This document shows positions 41,691 to 54,947 of a DNA stretch of 64,000 nucleotides, one piece after another. The number at the start of each line of letters is the position of its first letter. The stretch's first letter is position 1. This DNA comes from Eledone cirrhosa (taxonomy: Eukaryota). The position numbers and the translations under genes were made by a program. The stretch covers positions 161,448,001 to 161,512,000 of the forward strand of contig OZ024740.1 in the NCBI GenBank assembly GCA_964016885.1, given 5' to 3'. The notes beneath the pieces are model-generated. The model saw only the letters and a list, made by a program, of their open reading frames with translations. It was not told where the DNA came from and did not search any database.

Positions 41691-44600
41691 GGGAAGAAGA
41701 CGCACGAGGTGGTAGAACGTCACGAAATTGCTCCCGTAAGTTTTTTGATTTTTAACATATTTAAATCAATTGTGAAAGAACAATTCTTAGCACAAATGTT
41801 GCATAAAGGCACCGAATGAGGTCCCATAAAGTTTCGGATCCATATTATATTGTTGTATCGCTCAAATATTCAATTTTGTATTATATATTTTGTATTCAAA
41901 AAAAGAAAATGGTTATAAATGGAACAAAACACCCTCTGTCTACACTATATAGAACAGCGGCAATTTCAATTTCACCAACACCACAAACTTGATACACTAC
42001 CTATCCCATCACACTAAATATAACGGCAACTTCACCGGCATCATAATAATAATTACTATTATTATTGTCTCAAATTTAAAAAAATGTTTAATTCAAATTT
42101 TACGGGAATATGTCAACACAAAATATAATGAAAATATATATTAAACATACGAACACAAACTCATAGATACTATATCAGTAACCACAACACCACCGCTGCC
42201 ACCACCCCACCACATCCATCATCGCCGCCACCACTCATTCAATGCTACTGACACTATTCCCCTGTTAACTTGAGAGAGAAAAGGGAAGGTGGTGGTAGCA
42301 CTAGACAAGAGAGAGGCTAGCAAAAGATATAAATAGATTGACTTGGTGACCTTGCCACGGACAAACGTCTACATCAACAATTATGGGACTGCTGGCTCAC
42401 CCCTTCCTCACCAACAATATAAAAAGCCCCGGCACCACCACCGACATAGCCAGCAGCAATAACAGCCAACTACAACAAAAAGTATATTATATTATTGTAA
42501 TGCACTGGGTGATTGCTGGCCTGGAGTGGAGACAATTATTAATAATTTCATTCTTAAGCCACGCAATGCTCACATTAAGGAACCACTCATGATAATAACA
42601 ATTTAAAAAAAACAACAAAAAGAAAACCCCGTGACCAAGAAATACCGGGATGGCGGCCGGCGGGGAATAGCCATGTCTCTAGGGGAGAACGACCCCTCTA
42701 GTCTTGGTTGACACTCGTTCTAGAAGTGGTAACACGAAAAGATTACCCCTTGGCGGATAAGGATAAAACGCGACAAAATAAAGTAGATGTCTAATGATGA
42801 AATCTCATACCGGATCGGCCGTCACCCGGGTAAAAAAGGGCCGCGTCCCTCAGAGAGGAACCAGACTGGGGTCGAAAAATCAGCTAATGGTTCAAACCTT
42901 CCCATCACTTCGGAGCTGGAGACCTCCCATAACCGGAATACTCCTACTGTTGGCCCTCCATGCTCACCACCAAGAAATCCAAAGAAAAAGAGAGAAAAAT
43001 GGTCAAGGGAAGATAATAAAGAAGTCCTTGAGGCTTTCTACACTGCCATGTACTACCCATCAAATACATCGAATACAGAGCAAACATATATCAACTGGAA
43101 AAAGAAACATCCCGAAAACAGAGGCTATATTGACAGTAACAAACTAGCCAATATACGAAGAAATATTGTAAGAAAAAAGTTACTAACTGATATAGAAATT
43201 GATCAGATCAAGCTAGTAGCACAAAGTCAGCGAAGGGAAAATGAAGCATGTGTCAGTGAAAACGAGGTAAACTGTAACACTTCGAATCCCAGAGTTGGGG
43301 CGGAATCACTGGCAACAGAACAAATTAAAGAAAGGAGCGAAAAAGTGGAGGGAGTGCATGCTCAGGATGAAACTCCAAATGAAAATAATGAGATCGTAAA
43401 TGATAAAGAAATGAATGAGAATGAACTTGCCAACTTGAAGGATGAAATTATGATCGAATGGATGAAAATGAAAGAATCTGACATGGGGGGACGAGACACC
43501 CTCCCTAAGATCCAGAACTCCAAACAGAACCAAAAGATAATACACAAGACTAACATAATTCTCAAAAACATTATCATCACAAACAAACTAAGCATTACTG
43601 ACTTAAATCATCTCTATTATGCATCGGCTAAAGTCACCACTCACTTATGTGGAGTGAAGATGAAAAAACAAAGGAATTCCCACAAGAAATCTACTTGGCA
43701 AGATAACATCAATCGCCAAATAAACCTTCTCCGATCTGACATAGAAATTTTAACAAACTATAAAGTAGGGGAACATGTTAAACAAACTAAACTTAGAAAA
43801 TTGAAAAAAAAGTACAGTATAAGATCAACATGTGACATAGACATGCTGATAGAAACAATCAAGCAAAAAGTGTCGGCCAAAGCTGCTCGTATAAGGCGCT
43901 TTGAAAAACGATCTAGATTCTATAAGGACAATAATATGTTCAAAAACAACCAAAGAAACTTCTACAGAAAAATTGGTAAGTCAACAATAACTGCTAAATC
44001 AATACCACCCAAGGAGGAAGTGCAAGAATTCTGGGAAAAGATCTGGGCCGAAGAAAAAGTTCATAACATACATGCCCCATGGATAGACAGACAAATGAAA
44101 GAAACAGCTCACCTTGAAGAACAAACATGGGAAAATATAACAGTTGAACAGCTGCGCTTGGCTCTAAGAAAAACCAGCAAATGGAAATCCCCAGGAAAAG
44201 ACAAAATACAAAACTTTTGGATAAATGCCTTCACAGAGTCTCATGAGCTGTTAGCCCAACTTTACAATGAAATAGTTAAGGAGCCAGAAAAGATACCATC
44301 ATGGCTAGTTAACGGCATTACATTCCTGCTACCGAAGAATGATGAGACAAACAATCCCCAAAATTACAGACCGATAACCTGCTTGACCACAATGTATGAA
44401 ATGTTAACATCAGTCCTAACTGAATACACATATGACCACCTGATAACAAATGACCTATTTTCCATTGAGCAGAAAGGGTGTAAACGAGGCTCGTATGGCT
44501 GTAAGGATCAGCTTCTGGTTAACAAAATGATACTGGAAGATTGTCATAATAGACACAAAAATCTATCGATTGCTTGGATAGATTATAAAAAAGCATTTGA

Positions 44601-46577
44601 TAGTTTGCCACACAGTTGGATTGAAAAATGTTTAGAGATTTTCAAAATATCCCCCGTTATCAGGAGGTTTTTGTCATTCAGTATGAGGACATGGAGAACG
44701 ACACTCCTTTTGAATAGTGAAACAAAATCACTGGAAGCTGGAGAAGTTAACATTAATTGTGGAATTTTTCAGGGTGACTCTTTATCACCGCTTTTATTCT
44801 GCATCGCACTTATACCATTAAGTAAAATGCTCAATGAAACAAAACATGGATATAGAGTCTATGACAAAACCATTAATCACCTGTTCTACATGGATGACCT
44901 GAAACTATTTGCAAAAAATGATGAACAATTGCAAGGGCTATTATCCACTGTGAAGCAGTTCAGTGATGACATTAAAATGGAGTTTGGACTGGATAAATGC
45001 GCCAAAGCAACGTTCACCAGAGGAAAGCTGCTGAAGAGTTCAGACATTAATCTTGATCGGGGGAACGTGATAAGAGAGCTTGATCAAGAACAAACTTACA
45101 AATATCTAGGTGTTTGTGAAGGAGACGGAATCAAGCACTCGACAATGAGGGAAAGGATAAGGAAGGAATGTTACCGCAGAGTCAGAGCAATCTTAAGAAC
45201 GGAATTGAATGCAAGGAATAGGATCGATGCCATAAACACGCTTGCCATACCAGTAGTAACCTACAGTTACAATGTCATCAACTGGTCAAGCACAGAGATC
45301 CGTAGGCTCGATACAAAAATCCGAAAATTCTTAACCATGCACAGAATGCATCACCCTAAGGCAGACATAGATAGAATATATCTCCCTAGGAAAGAAGGAG
45401 GACGTGGGTTAATCCAGTTAGACATTGCGTTGAAAACTGCAACAATTGGATTATCCACATATCTAAGGGAATCACATGATTGGATGATCAAACTCGTTTT
45501 GAAACACGAAAGCACCAAAAGATCATATTCCATTACAAAAGATGCACAAAGATACAGTAATGGACTACAAATTTCAGAAGTCCCATTTACTGCTGAAATG
45601 GAAAACACAGAAAAAGCAAAGCAGGTAAAAGTAACTGCAAAGAAAGAACTGCTACAGAAACTGGCTAAGAAATGGCAAGAAAAGCCTCTGTATGGAAAAT
45701 ACCCAGAGCGAGCTAACAATCCTGATGTTGACAAAACTTTAACCCATCAGTGGTTGGCATCCTCTGGACTGAAATCGGAGACTGAAGGACTGATTATATC
45801 CGCACAAGATCAGTGTCTGCCAACAAAAAATTACCAAGCCAACATAATAAAAAATGGGTGCAGCCCATTATGCCGTGTATGCAAAAAACAACCAGAGACC
45901 ATTGACCATATAATTTCAATGTGCAGTCCTATAGCTCCAACCGAATACCTAAACAGGCATGACAGAGCTGCACAATACATACATTGGATAATGTGTAAGC
46001 ATTTTGACCTGCCCCATCAAAAGAATTGGTGGGAGCATCAACCACCTCCCATACTTGAAAAAGATCACATCACAAACTTGTGGAACTTTAGCATCCAAAC
46101 AGACCGAAAAATAGATGCAAATAGACCTGATATAATATTGAAGGACTTTCAAAGGAGGGTATGCCTGCTAATTGATATGTCTGTTCCAATAGACAAGAAT
46201 GTATCTATAAAAACATTTGAAAAATTGAGCAAGTATAAGGACCTGGAGATAGAAATTGGAAAAATGTGGAAATTGAGAACTAAAACAATACCAGTGGTTG
46301 TAGGCGCTCTGGGAATGATACATAAGGGGTCTAACGACTACTTATCGCAAATCCCAGGAAACCCGCGTATAGGAGAAATACAAAAGATAGTACTAATGGG
46401 AACTGCCCATATACTAAGGAAGATCCTGTCAATATAAGTACATCACAAGTCTAAACACTAAGGATGCATGTGTGAATATGTATGTTCTTTCTTGAACATG
46501 GCGGACCTTGTTGTCTCTTGAGGTCACTGGTTGTGACTTGGTGATAACTCGTATAAACATAAAGCAAGATAAATGCA
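41691..46577 (+). mobile_element. R4/Dong-like non-LTR retrotransposon, family A, apparently full length
   Basis: Leader, single intact ORF and 140-bp 3' UTR, bounded by (AAT)n on both sides. Inclusion of the leader (41691 to about 42600) is inferred. Confidence 0.85.
42787..46437 (+). CDS. RT-CCHC-restriction-like endonuclease polyprotein, 1216 aa
   Basis: WKSPGKD, NYRPITCL, WIDYKKAFDS, GIFQGDSLSP, FYMDDLKL, CRVC...ETIDHIISMC, RHD, RPDII...LIDMSVP...KLSKYKDL. Confidence 0.95.
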   Translation: MSNDEISYRIGRHPGKKGPRPSERNQTGVEKSANGSNLPITSELETSHNRNTPTVGPPCSPPRNPKKKREKWSREDNKEVLEAFYTAMYYPSNTSNTEQTYINWKKKHPENRGYIDSNKLANIRRNIVRKKLLTDIEIDQIKLVAQSQRRENEACVSENEVNCNTSNPRVGAESLATEQIKERSEKVEGVHAQDETPNENNEIVNDKEMNENELANLKDEIMIEWMKMKESDMGGRDTLPKIQNSKQNQKIIHKTNIILKNIIITNKLSITDLNHLYYASAKVTTHLCGVKMKKQRNSHKKSTWQDNINRQINLLRSDIEILTNYKVGEHVKQTKLRKLKKKYSIRSTCDIDMLIETIKQKVSAKAARIRRFEKRSRFYKDNNMFKNNQRNFYRKIGKSTITAKSIPPKEEVQEFWEKIWAEEKVHNIHAPWIDRQMKETAHLEEQTWENITVEQLRLALRKTSKWKSPGKDKIQNFWINAFTESHELLAQLYNEIVKEPEKIPSWLVNGITFLLPKNDETNNPQNYRPITCLTTMYEMLTSVLTEYTYDHLITNDLFSIEQKGCKRGSYGCKDQLLVNKMILEDCHNRHKNLSIAWIDYKKAFDSLPHSWIEKCLEIFKISPVIRRFLSFSMRTWRTTLLLNSETKSLEAGEVNINCGIFQGDSLSPLLFCIALIPLSKMLNETKHGYRVYDKTINHLFYMDDLKLFAKNDEQLQGLLSTVKQFSDDIKMEFGLDKCAKATFTRGKLLKSSDINLDRGNVIRELDQEQTYKYLGVCEGDGIKHSTMRERIRKECYRRVRAILRTELNARNRIDAINTLAIPVVTYSYNVINWSSTEIRRLDTKIRKFLTMHRMHHPKADIDRIYLPRKEGGRGLIQLDIALKTATIGLSTYLRESHDWMIKLVLKHESTKRSYSITKDAQRYSNGLQISEVPFTAEMENTEKAKQVKVTAKKELLQKLAKKWQEKPLYGKYPERANNPDVDKTLTHQWLASSGLKSETEGLIISAQDQCLPTKNYQANIIKNGCSPLCRVCKKQPETIDHIISMCSPIAPTEYLNRHDRAAQYIHWIMCKHFDLPHQKNWWEHQPPPILEKDHITNLWNFSIQTDRKIDANRPDIILKDFQRRVCLLIDMSVPIDKNVSIKTFEKLSKYKDLEIEIGKMWKLRTKTIPVVVGALGMIHKGSNDYLSQIPGNPRIGEIQKIVLMGTAHILRKILSI

Positions 46578-46630
<53 letters not shown>

Positions 46631-49600
46631 GGGAAGAAGACGCACGAGGTGACGGAGGTCATGAAATCGCTCCCGTAAGTTTTGAATTTTTAACATATTT
46701 AAATCATTTGTGAAATAACAACTCTTAGTACAAATGCTACGTAAAGCACCCGGCTTGAGCCCCAAAAAATTCGGACCCAAAATATATTGTTATAAGGCTC
46801 AAATATTCAAATATTCAACTTTGTATTGTACACTATTTATCCAAAAAAGAAAACGGCTATAAATGGAAGAAGAACCCCCCCCCCCTCCTCTCCTCTGTCT
46901 ACACTATATAGAACAGCCAAACTCACCAACACCAGAAACTAGATACACCACCCACCCCATCACCTGTGTCCACTAAACACAACAGCCAGATAACGGCATC
47001 TTCACCACCACCGCTCACTACGGCCATCATTACCACCATTATCCCATCACCGCCGCCACCACCCCTTCACTCCTCCACTGCTACCACCGCTACAGCACCA
47101 TCACTACAGTAATCACATCACCGCCACCACTGCCTCGGTATCGACATCACCACCACCACTGTCTCAGTATCGCTACCGCCGCCAGTCTCCCACTTCTTCC
47201 AGCTGGCTGCTGCCACCACATTATAGAATCCCTACTGCCAAAAAAAGAGGAAGGCATCAAAATATATAGATAGACTCAAAAGAAAAAAGAAAAAACAAAC
47301 AACAAAACCAAAGCAGCACAGCAACAACAGCAAAAAACGAGAAAAACAAACAGAGAAAAACAAAAACAAAAAAAAAACCCAAAAAACGTAAAGAAAATAA
47401 GAATGAAGAGGGAAGCAGGCGGACGGACAGAGAAGAGGGGGGAAAAACTAAAACTTAAAAAACAAAAACTAAGTCAGACATTCGAACACTACATTACAAT
47501 GAAACTTATGCTTATTCATTTTTGGGGCCCTTTCTGCCTGTGTGTTTGTTTGTTTATGTGTGTTCGTATACAGCGTGGTGATAATACCACACAAGGGCCA
47601 AGTGGAATGGCGGATCCACAGATGGCTATGTAACCATACATTCGCCAATCCTCGATAAGAGTGTTTAAATATCGAACATAAACAGTTCGAATAACGGTGA
47701 AATGGAGACTAGAACGTCATGTGACAGACTCTCACCCAACAGGTGCCCCCTGGCTCAGCAGCAGGAACCTGACTGTCAACCAAATACTGCTGATGTTGGA
47801 GGAAGGAGAAGAAGGAAAGGGGCCAGAACCAACTGGACGAAAGAATTGAATAGAACTGTTATGCAATGTTACCTGAAAAGTAACCCTAAGGAGAGGGGCT
47901 ACAGGAGACGGATGCATAACATCTGGAACGAGATTGGTTTATTTAAATTAGATGAACAAAAATTGGCCGGGCAGGCTCGGGTAATAAGAACTAATGGGTG
48001 GATAAGCGAGCTGGAACTGGAAGAACTGAGCAGAGAGAATGGCTTGGAGATGGCGGGTGTAGTATGCCAGACAAGCGAGCCAGTGGGAAATGAAGGTGAA
48101 GAGGTCCTGAGAACGGAGGAACCACCCGAAGCAGACAATGATCTGAATACTGAGATAAATATTACCTGGAACAGAGATACGGCCACTGAGGAGATGAATG
48201 CTGACGGGCTAGGACAAGATTCGGTTGACATCCTAAATTTAGTGGTAGATGAATTGAACAATGATAGTGGGAGACCTATGAACCTAACATTTGTAGACAG
48301 GAAAAAGTTAAAAGAAACAATAGCTAAGGTAAACAAAGTCATCCCATACCTTGAGGCGAGGAGCCTTCACCAGTGCAACAATATCCTCAAAGCAACAGCA
48401 AATACGGTGAGGAAACTACTTGGTATAAAAGCGAGAGGAAACAACAGACAAGAAAGAGCAGAGCCGTGGTGGAAGAAGCGACTGAGTGGGCAAATCGGGG
48501 AAATGAGAAATGACATAGGAAAGCTTGAGTCACTACTGAATGGGACACTAAAAAACATAGGCACTAAAAATAGACTGGAAATAAAATACAAAACTAGGAG
48601 GAAAAAGCTAAATATTATCATAGAGGAACTGAAGCAACGCATTGTAGCAAAGAGTGCAAAAATCAGGCGATACGAGAACAGAGTCAGTCAGTATAAACAG
48701 AACCGCATGTTCGACAACAACCAGAAGATGCTGTTTGGACAGCTTGAGGGGAAAGAAAGAGGCAACGACTTGATCCCTGCGGCGGAGCAAACTAAAACAT
48801 TCTGGAGAGGAATATGGGAGCAGGATGTTAGACATAATGTCCAGGCTGGGTGGATTGAGACAGTACAGAGGGAGATCGGTGAGCAGGCACAACAACAAAC
48901 TGATTTGAGTATCACAGTTGAAACTCTTAAGGGGCAGGCCAAAAAACTAACCAACTGGAAATCACCAGGCCCAGATGGTGTGCAGGGGTATTGGATTAAA
49001 CATTTAACATCCCTCCACCCGAAGCTGACGGCCATGTTCAATGACTGCTTGGTGTCGGGTGAGGTGCCAGAGTGGTTGACAAAAGGTACCACAGTTCTGA
49101 TAATGAAAGACCGAATCAAGGGTAATGATGTTACCAACTATAGACCTATCACATGTCTGTCCATAATGTGGAAACTGTTGACGAGCATTGTGTCTGAGGA
49201 AATCTACCATCACCTCCACACAAAAAACTTGTTACCGGACGAACAGAAAGGATGCCAAAAGAAGTCACGTGGTACAAAGGACCAGTTACTTATTGATAAG
49301 ATGGTAATGGGGAATTGCAGGAGGAGACACACTGATCTTGCCATGGGATGGATAGACTACAGAAAGGCATTTGACATGGTGCCTCATTCTTGGATCACCA
49401 AAAGCCTGGAGATCTTCAGGGTGGCAGACAATATCAGACAGTTGCTGGGCAGGAGTATGGGGTCCTGGGAGACAGAGTTGACATCAACTGGAGTATCCTT
49501 GGGAAGCGTGAAGATCAAGAGAGGTATCTTCCAGGGAGACAGCCTGTCCCCTCTGTTGTTTGTCCTTGCCCTGGTGCCCTTGACCATTATGCTGCGAAAG

Positions 49601-51165
49601 GTGAGAGCAGGATACAAGTTGGGAAGGGGAGAGCTTACCATCAATCACCTCCTCTTCATGGACGATCTTAAGCTCTTCGGGAAAAGTGAGAAGGAGTTGG
49701 ATGTGCTTGTTGACACTGTCCGTATTTTCAGCAATGATATATGTATGCAGTTTGGTATTGGTAAATGTGGAGTCATTGTGATGAGGAGGGGTAGGTTGAG
49801 CAGAAGTAACGGGATCCAGATACCAACAGGTGAAATGATAAAGGAAATTGACTCTGAGGAAGGATACAAGTATTTGGGCGTTCTGGAGGCTGATGGCATA
49901 AAGAACAAAAAAATGAAGGAATTGTTAAGAACTGAATACATTCGGAGAGTAAGGAGCGTATTGAAGTCACATCTGAACAGCAGAAATGCCATAAGCGCAG
50001 TAAATTCCCGAGCTGTGTCTATTATTAGGTACAGTGCGGGAATTCTGAGATGGAATGTTGCTGAACAAAAAGAAATGGATAGGAAGACTAGGAAGCTATT
50101 GACTATCTACAACATGTTCCACAAGAGGAGTGATGTCGATAGACTCTACCTAAGGAGATCTGAGGGTGGAAGAGGTCTTATCAGCATAGAGGACTGTGTT
50201 CAGATGGAGAAAAACAACCTATACAAATACGTGACCTATAGTAAGGAGCCAATGCTCAGAACTGTACTGAAGGAGGGGACAGTAGGCCAGGGGATGTCCA
50301 AGGAGGAAATAACATCAAGGAGGAAGAGCAGCCTTAAGGGAAAATCCCTTCATAGTACCTTCTTTGAGAAAACTGAATTTAGAGATCCACAGACATGGAA
50401 CTGGTTGAGAAGAGGAGACCTCAAAAAGGCTACAGAAGGAATGCTAATGGCTGCGCAGGAGCAGGCCCTCAAAACGAAGTGGTTGAAGCACCATATTTAC
50501 AAGGAGGAGGCTAGCCCACTGTGCAGGATCTGTGGAGAGAGGAGACTGTGGCTCACATTGTGTCCGAGTGTAAACACCTAGCCCAGACCCACTATAAGGG
50601 CTGGAGACACGATGTGATGGGCAGGGTGATCCACTGGCACCTGTGCAAAGTAAACAATTTACCACATTCTGAGAAATGGTATGAGCATAGGCCAGAGGCG
50701 GTGATGGAGAACAATCAGGTGAAGGTGCTGTGGGATTTTAGGATACAGACGGACAAAAAACTGGAACACAATAGACCTGACCTGGTGGTTGTGGACAAAG
50801 AAAAAAGATCGTGTCTGATTGTGGATGTGGCCTGCCCGTTCGACACGAGAGTGCAAGAGAAGGAGAGGGAGAAAATTAACCGATACCAGGACCTAAAGTG
50901 GGAGGTGAAAAGGATTTGGAACTGCCATGAAGTCAAAGTGATCCCGATTGTCATAGGCGCACTGGGGACTATCTCCAAAAGTTTCCAGGGATGGTTAAAG
51001 AAAATCGGCCCCTTCACGCTTTTTGGAACGCTTCAAAAGGCATGCTTGCTTGGAACAGCAAGAACCCTCCGATACGTCCTGAATATCTGAGGCTGCAGGT
51101 AGTGGCTTGATATTCAAACCAACGGACTTTCCAGTTAACCAACATCAATGACTGAGATTCAAGGA
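46631..51165 (+). mobile_element. R4/Dong-like retrotransposon, family B copy 1
   Basis: Leader starting GGGAAGAAGACGCACGAGG, ORF 47702-51090 with one frameshift, short 3' UTR, then an (AAC)n(AAT)n tail. Confidence 0.9.
47702..51090 (+). pseudogene. RT-RLE ORF with a single frameshift near 50538
   Basis: ORF 47702-50581 has LFMDDLKL and CRICG; ORF 50521-51090 has ETVAHIVSEC, RPDLVV and VDVACP. Four nt are missing from a GA run relative to copy 3. Confidence 0.9.
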
Positions 51166-51182
51166 ATAACAACAACAACAAC

Positions 51183-51239
<57 letters not shown>

Positions 51240-51241
51240 CA

Positions 51242-54200
51242 GGGAAGAAGACGCACGAGGTGACGGAGGTCATGAAATCGCTCCCGTAAGTTTTGAATTT
51301 TTAACATATTTAAATCATTTGTGAAATAACAACTCTTAGTACAAATGCTACGTAAAGCACCCGGCTTGAGCCCTAAAAAATTCGGACCCAAAATATATTG
51401 TTATAAGGCTCAAATATTCAAATATTCAACTTTGTATTGTACACTGTATATCCAAAAAAAAATGGCTATAAATGGAAGAAGAAGAACCCCCTCCCCTCCT
51501 CTCCTCTGGCTACACTATATAGGACAGCTAAACTCACCAACACCAGAAACTAGATACACCGCCCACCCCATCATCTGTGTACACTAAACACAACAGCATT
51601 TTCACCTTCACCGCCACCGCTCACTACGGCCATCATTACCACCACTATCCCATCACCGCCGCCACCACCCCTTGACTCCTTCACTGCTGCTGCCACCGCT
51701 ACAGCACCATCACTACAGTAATACGGCTCAAATATTCAAATATTCAACTTTGTATTGTACACTGTATATCCCAAAAAAAAAAATAAAATGGCTATAAATG
51801 GAAGAAGAAGAACCCCCCCCCCCTCCTCTCCTCTGGCTACACTATATAGGACAGCGAAACTCACCAACACCAGAAACTAGATACACCACCCACCCCATCA
51901 TCTGTGTACACTAAACACAACAGCATTTTCACCTTCACCGCCACCGCTCACTACGGCCATCATTACCACCACTATCCCATCACCGCCGCCACCACCCCCT
52001 GACTCCTTCACTGCTGCTGCCACCGCTACAGCACCATCACTACAGTAATACGGTCGCATCACCGCCACCACTGCCTCGGTATCGACATCACCGCCACCAC
52101 TGTCTCAGTATCGCCAACGCCGCTAGTCTCTGCTGGCTACCACTTCCACATTATAGAATTCCTACTACTAACAAAGAGGAAGGCATCAAAATATATAGAT
52201 AGACTCAAAAGAAAAAAGAAAAAACAAACAACAAAAGCAGCACAGCAACAACAGTAAAAAACGAGAAAAACAGAGAAAAACAAAAACAAAAAAAGAAACC
52301 CCAAAAACGTAAAGAAAATAAGAATGAAGAGAGAAGCAGGCGGACGGACAGAGAAGAGGGGGGAAAAAGTAAAACTTAAAAAACAAAAACTAAGTCAGAC
52401 ATTCGAATACTACATTACAATGAAACTTATGCTTATTCATTTTTGGGGCCCTTTCTGCCCGTGTGTTTGTTTGTTTATGTGTGTCCGTATACAGCGTGGT
52501 GATAATGCCACACAAGGGCCAAGTGGGATGGCGGATCCACAGATGGCTATGTAAACATACATTCGCCAATCCTCGATAAGAGTGTTTAAATATCGAACAT
52601 AAACAGTTCGAATAACGGTGAAATGGAGACTAGAACGTCATGTGACAGACTCTCACCCAACAGGTGCCCCCTGGCTCAGCAGCAGGAACCTGACTGTCAA
52701 CGAAATACTGCTGATGTTGGAGGAAGAAGAAGAAGGAAAGGGGCCAGAACCAACTGGACGAAAGAATTGAATAGAACTGTTATGCAATGCTACCTGAAAA
52801 GTAACCCCAAGGAGAGGGGCTACAGGAGACGGATGCATAACATCTGGAACGAGATTGGTTTATTTAAATTAGATGAACAAAAATTGGCCGGGCAGGCTCG
52901 GGTAATAAGAACTAATGGGTGGATAAGCGAGCTGGAACTGGAGGAGCTGAGCAGAGAGAATGGCTTGGAGATGGCGGGTGTAGTATGCCAGACAAGCGAG
53001 CCGGCGGGAAATGAAGGTGAGGAGGTCCTGAGAGCGGAGGAACCACCCGAAGCAGACAATGATCTGAATACTGAGATAAATAATACCTGGAACAGAGATA
53101 CGGCCACTGAGGAGATGAACGCTGACGGGCTAGGACAAGATTCGGTTGACATCCTAAATTTAGTGGTAGATGAGTTGAACAATGATAGTGGGAGACCTAT
53201 GAACCTAAGATTTGTAGACAGGAAAAAGTTAAAAGAAACAACAGCTAAGGTAAACAAAGTCATCCCATACCTTGAGGCGAGGAGTCTTCACCAGTGCAAC
53301 AATATCCTCAAAGCAACAGCAAATACGGTGAGGAAACTACTTGGTATAAAAGCGAGAGGAAACAACAGACAAGAAAGAGCAGAGCCGTGGTGGAAGAAGC
53401 GACTGAGTGGGCAAATCGGGGAAATGAGAAATGACATAGGAAAGCTTGAGTCACTACTGAATGGGACACTAAAAAACATAGGCACTAAAAATAGACTGGA
53501 AATAAAATACAAAACTAGGAGTAAAAAGCTAAATATTATCATAGAGGAATTGAAGCAACGCATTGTAGCAAAGAGTGCCAAAATCAGGCGATACGAGAAC
53601 AGAGTCAGTCAGTATAAACAGAACCGCATGTTCGACAACAACCAGAAGATGCTGTTTGGACAGCTTGAGGGGAAAGAAAGAGGCACCGACTTGATCCCTG
53701 GGGCGGAACAAGCTAAAACATTCTGGAGAGGAATATGGGAGCAGGATGTTAGACACAATGCCCAGGCAGGGTGGATTGAGACAGTACAGAGGGAGATCGG
53801 TGAGCAGGCACAGCAACAGACTGATTTGAGTATCACAGTTGAAACTCTTAAGGGGCAAGCCAAAAAACTAACCAACTGGAAATCACCAGGCCCAGATGGT
53901 GTGCAGGGGTATTGGATTAAACATTTAACATCCCTCCACCCGAAGCTGACGGCCATGTTCAATGACTGCTTGGTGTCGGGTGAGGTGCCAGAGTGGTTGA
54001 CAAAAGGTACCACAGTTCTGATAATGAAAGACCGAATCAAGGGTAATGATGTTACCAACTATAGACCTATCACATGTCTGCCCGTAATGTGGAAACTGTT
54101 GACGAGCATTGTGTCTGAGGAAATCTACCATCACCTCCACACAAACAACTTGTTGCCGGACGAACAGAAAGGATGCCGAAAGAAGTCACGTGGTACAAAG

Positions 54201-54947
54201 GACCAGTTGCTTATTGATAAGATGGTAATGGGGAATTGCAGGAGGAGACACACTGATCTTGCCATGGGATGGATAGACTACAGAAAGGCATTTGACATGG
54301 TGCCTCATTCCTGGATCACCAAAAGCCTGGAGATCTTCAGGGTGGCAGATAACATCAGACAGTTGCTGGGCAGGAGTATGGGGTCCTGGGAGACAGAGTT
54401 GACATCAACTGGAGTATCCTTGGGAAGCGTGAAGATCAAGAGAGGTATCTTCCAGGGAGATAGCCTGTCCCCTCTGTTGTTTGTCCTTGCCCTGATGCCC
54501 TTGACCATTATGCTGCGAAAAGTGAGAGCAGGATACAAGTTGGGAAGGGGAGAGCTTACCATCAATCACCTCCTCTTCATGGACGATCTTAAGCTCTTCG
54601 GGAAAAGTGAGAAGGAGTTGGATGTGCTTGTTGACACTGTCCGTATTTTCAGCAGTGATATATGTATGCAGTTTGGTATTGGTAAATGTGGAGTCATTGT
54701 GATGAGGAGGGGTAGGTTGAGCAGAAGTAACGGGATCCAGATACCAACAGGTGAGATGATAAAGGAAATTGACTCTGAGGAAGGATACAAGTATTTGGGC
54801 GTTCTGGAGGCTGATGGCATAAAGAACAAAAAAATGAAGGAATTGTTAAGAACTGAATACATTCGGAGAGTAAGGAGCGTATTGAAGTCACATCTGAACA
54901 GCAGAAATGCCATAAGCGCAGTAAATTCCCGAGCTGTGTCTATTATT
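51242..54947 (+). mobile_element. R4/Dong-like family B copy 2, 3'-truncated
   Basis: Near-identical to copy 1 from ATG 52623 to GTCTATTATT at 54947. The leader has a tandem duplication of about 320-330 bp (about 51405-52055). Confidence 0.9.
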
